A stretch of DNA of 64,000 nucleotides from Hyphochytrium catenoides (Eukaryota > Protista > Hyphochytriomycota), in the NCBI GenBank assembly GCA_900088475.1, contig FLMG01002522.1, positions 99,654 through 163,653 on the forward strand, given 5' to 3'. The translations under genes and the position numbers were made by a program. How positions within the stretch are numbered: the first letter of the stretch is position 1; the number at the start of each line of letters is the position of its first letter. Positions 63,214 to 64,000 of this stretch are shown in pieces. A model generated the notes under the pieces. That model had not been told where the DNA came from. It saw only the letters and a list, made by a program, of their open reading frames with translations, and made no database searches.

Positions 63214-64000
63214 CAAAAAATCTGTTGTAACGTCCTTTCGATTACGTTGTACTCGTAGGAAGATCTGTGTTTGTCCTTGTTGTAATGTGTCGTATGTCTA
63301 AGCGACAACCACCTCAATTAAAGAGCGCACAACATGCCTTGATGGTGCGCACGATATCGAATCGCTTGGGGTTACAGATCCACCTTTCCCTTTTAGCTCA
63401 AGTGTGAAGTGGGCCATCACCGTTCATACCTTGAGCAAGAAAGAAGAGATGGGGCGCACTATGTTCCGCCTTTCTGTTGTCAACCCATGCTGTACCTGTT
63501 GATGGTGGAGCGCACAATATGAGTTCGGTCTTTACTTTCTCTCATCCTTCACCATCAATATTATTATGGACTGTCGGTCAACAGTCCATCATCTGCCTCG
63601 GTGGACAAGCGCCTGAAGTCATCAAGCCCATCGTCGTTGGCGATGTGAGATGACTTGATGATGGTCAACGATGGGGATCGGTTGCTGATGATGGCTACGT
63701 GCGAGTCCTATCATCGCTGAACTGAGGCCAAACGCCGTTTAGGCATGCGCCGCAAGGAGGCCGCCTCAACCTGTGGCGAATGCTTGTCAACATTGGCTCA
63801 GTCGAGCGCGCCAAGTTCTGACATCCATCATGATGCATGGCAGGCCTATTAGCCGAATAGTAAGTGACTGCTTCGTCGTGTCCGTCTCTCCTTTTCAAGG
63901 AAGGAAAGGATGACCAGCGCTGCTCCTGATGACGGCGACCCCAGCCTGCGACAGTCCGCTAGAAAAGTCGCTCCATCCATAAGCAGCAACCATAATAAGA

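Noticed and set aside
61795-63317. ORFs of 93-258 aa on both strands
   Set aside because: Microsatellite artefacts; one is antisense to a CFAP251 exon.
63230-64000. Possible retrotransposon coding relic
   Set aside because: No RT, RNase H, integrase or transposase motif was found in any frame I read.
1-64000. Alternative genetic code, introner-type repeated introns, or RNA genes
   Set aside because: Conserved genes translate cleanly with the standard code after GT-AG splicing, and the introns are not visibly similar to each other. No tRNA, rRNA or snRNA was recognised, though a covariance-model scan is needed to exclude intronic snoRNAs.

Overview
Gene-dense, intron-rich nuclear DNA from a flagellated eukaryote, probably a protist. 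That is inferred from SAS6L together with motile-cilium genes; the lineage cannot be fixed from the sequence alone. The standard genetic code and GT-AG introns of about 50-450 nt explain all recognisable genes, so the ORF track shows mostly exon fragments. Reading through splice junctions gives about 18 genes. In order: a NACHT/NPHP3-like ATPase (runs off the left edge), a coiled-coil protein, glucose-6-phosphate 1-epimerase with a mitochondrial-type leader, an F-box protein, PIG-A, CTF4/WDHD1, a multi-TM RGS-domain protein, an ARM-repeat protein, the DNA polymerase alpha catalytic subunit, NPRL2, SAS6-like, LRRC45-like, a hypothetical protein, SPAG6/PF16, an intronless Cys/His-motif plus AIF1/Iba1-like EF-hand protein, SDHB, a choline-transporter-like protein, and the 3' half of CFAP251/WDR66. 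There are three N gaps and several CT/GA microsatellites. The most notable observations are the zinc-finger-like/AIF1 fusion, the membrane-tethered RGS with an altered catalytic Asn position, a centriole/cilium gene neighbourhood, E2F-type motifs before the CTF4 and Pol alpha genes, a start codon apparently split by an intron, and frequent AAG splice acceptors. No rRNA, tRNA, CRISPR array or intact mobile element was recognised. All family calls are by eye from remembered motifs, not database searches.
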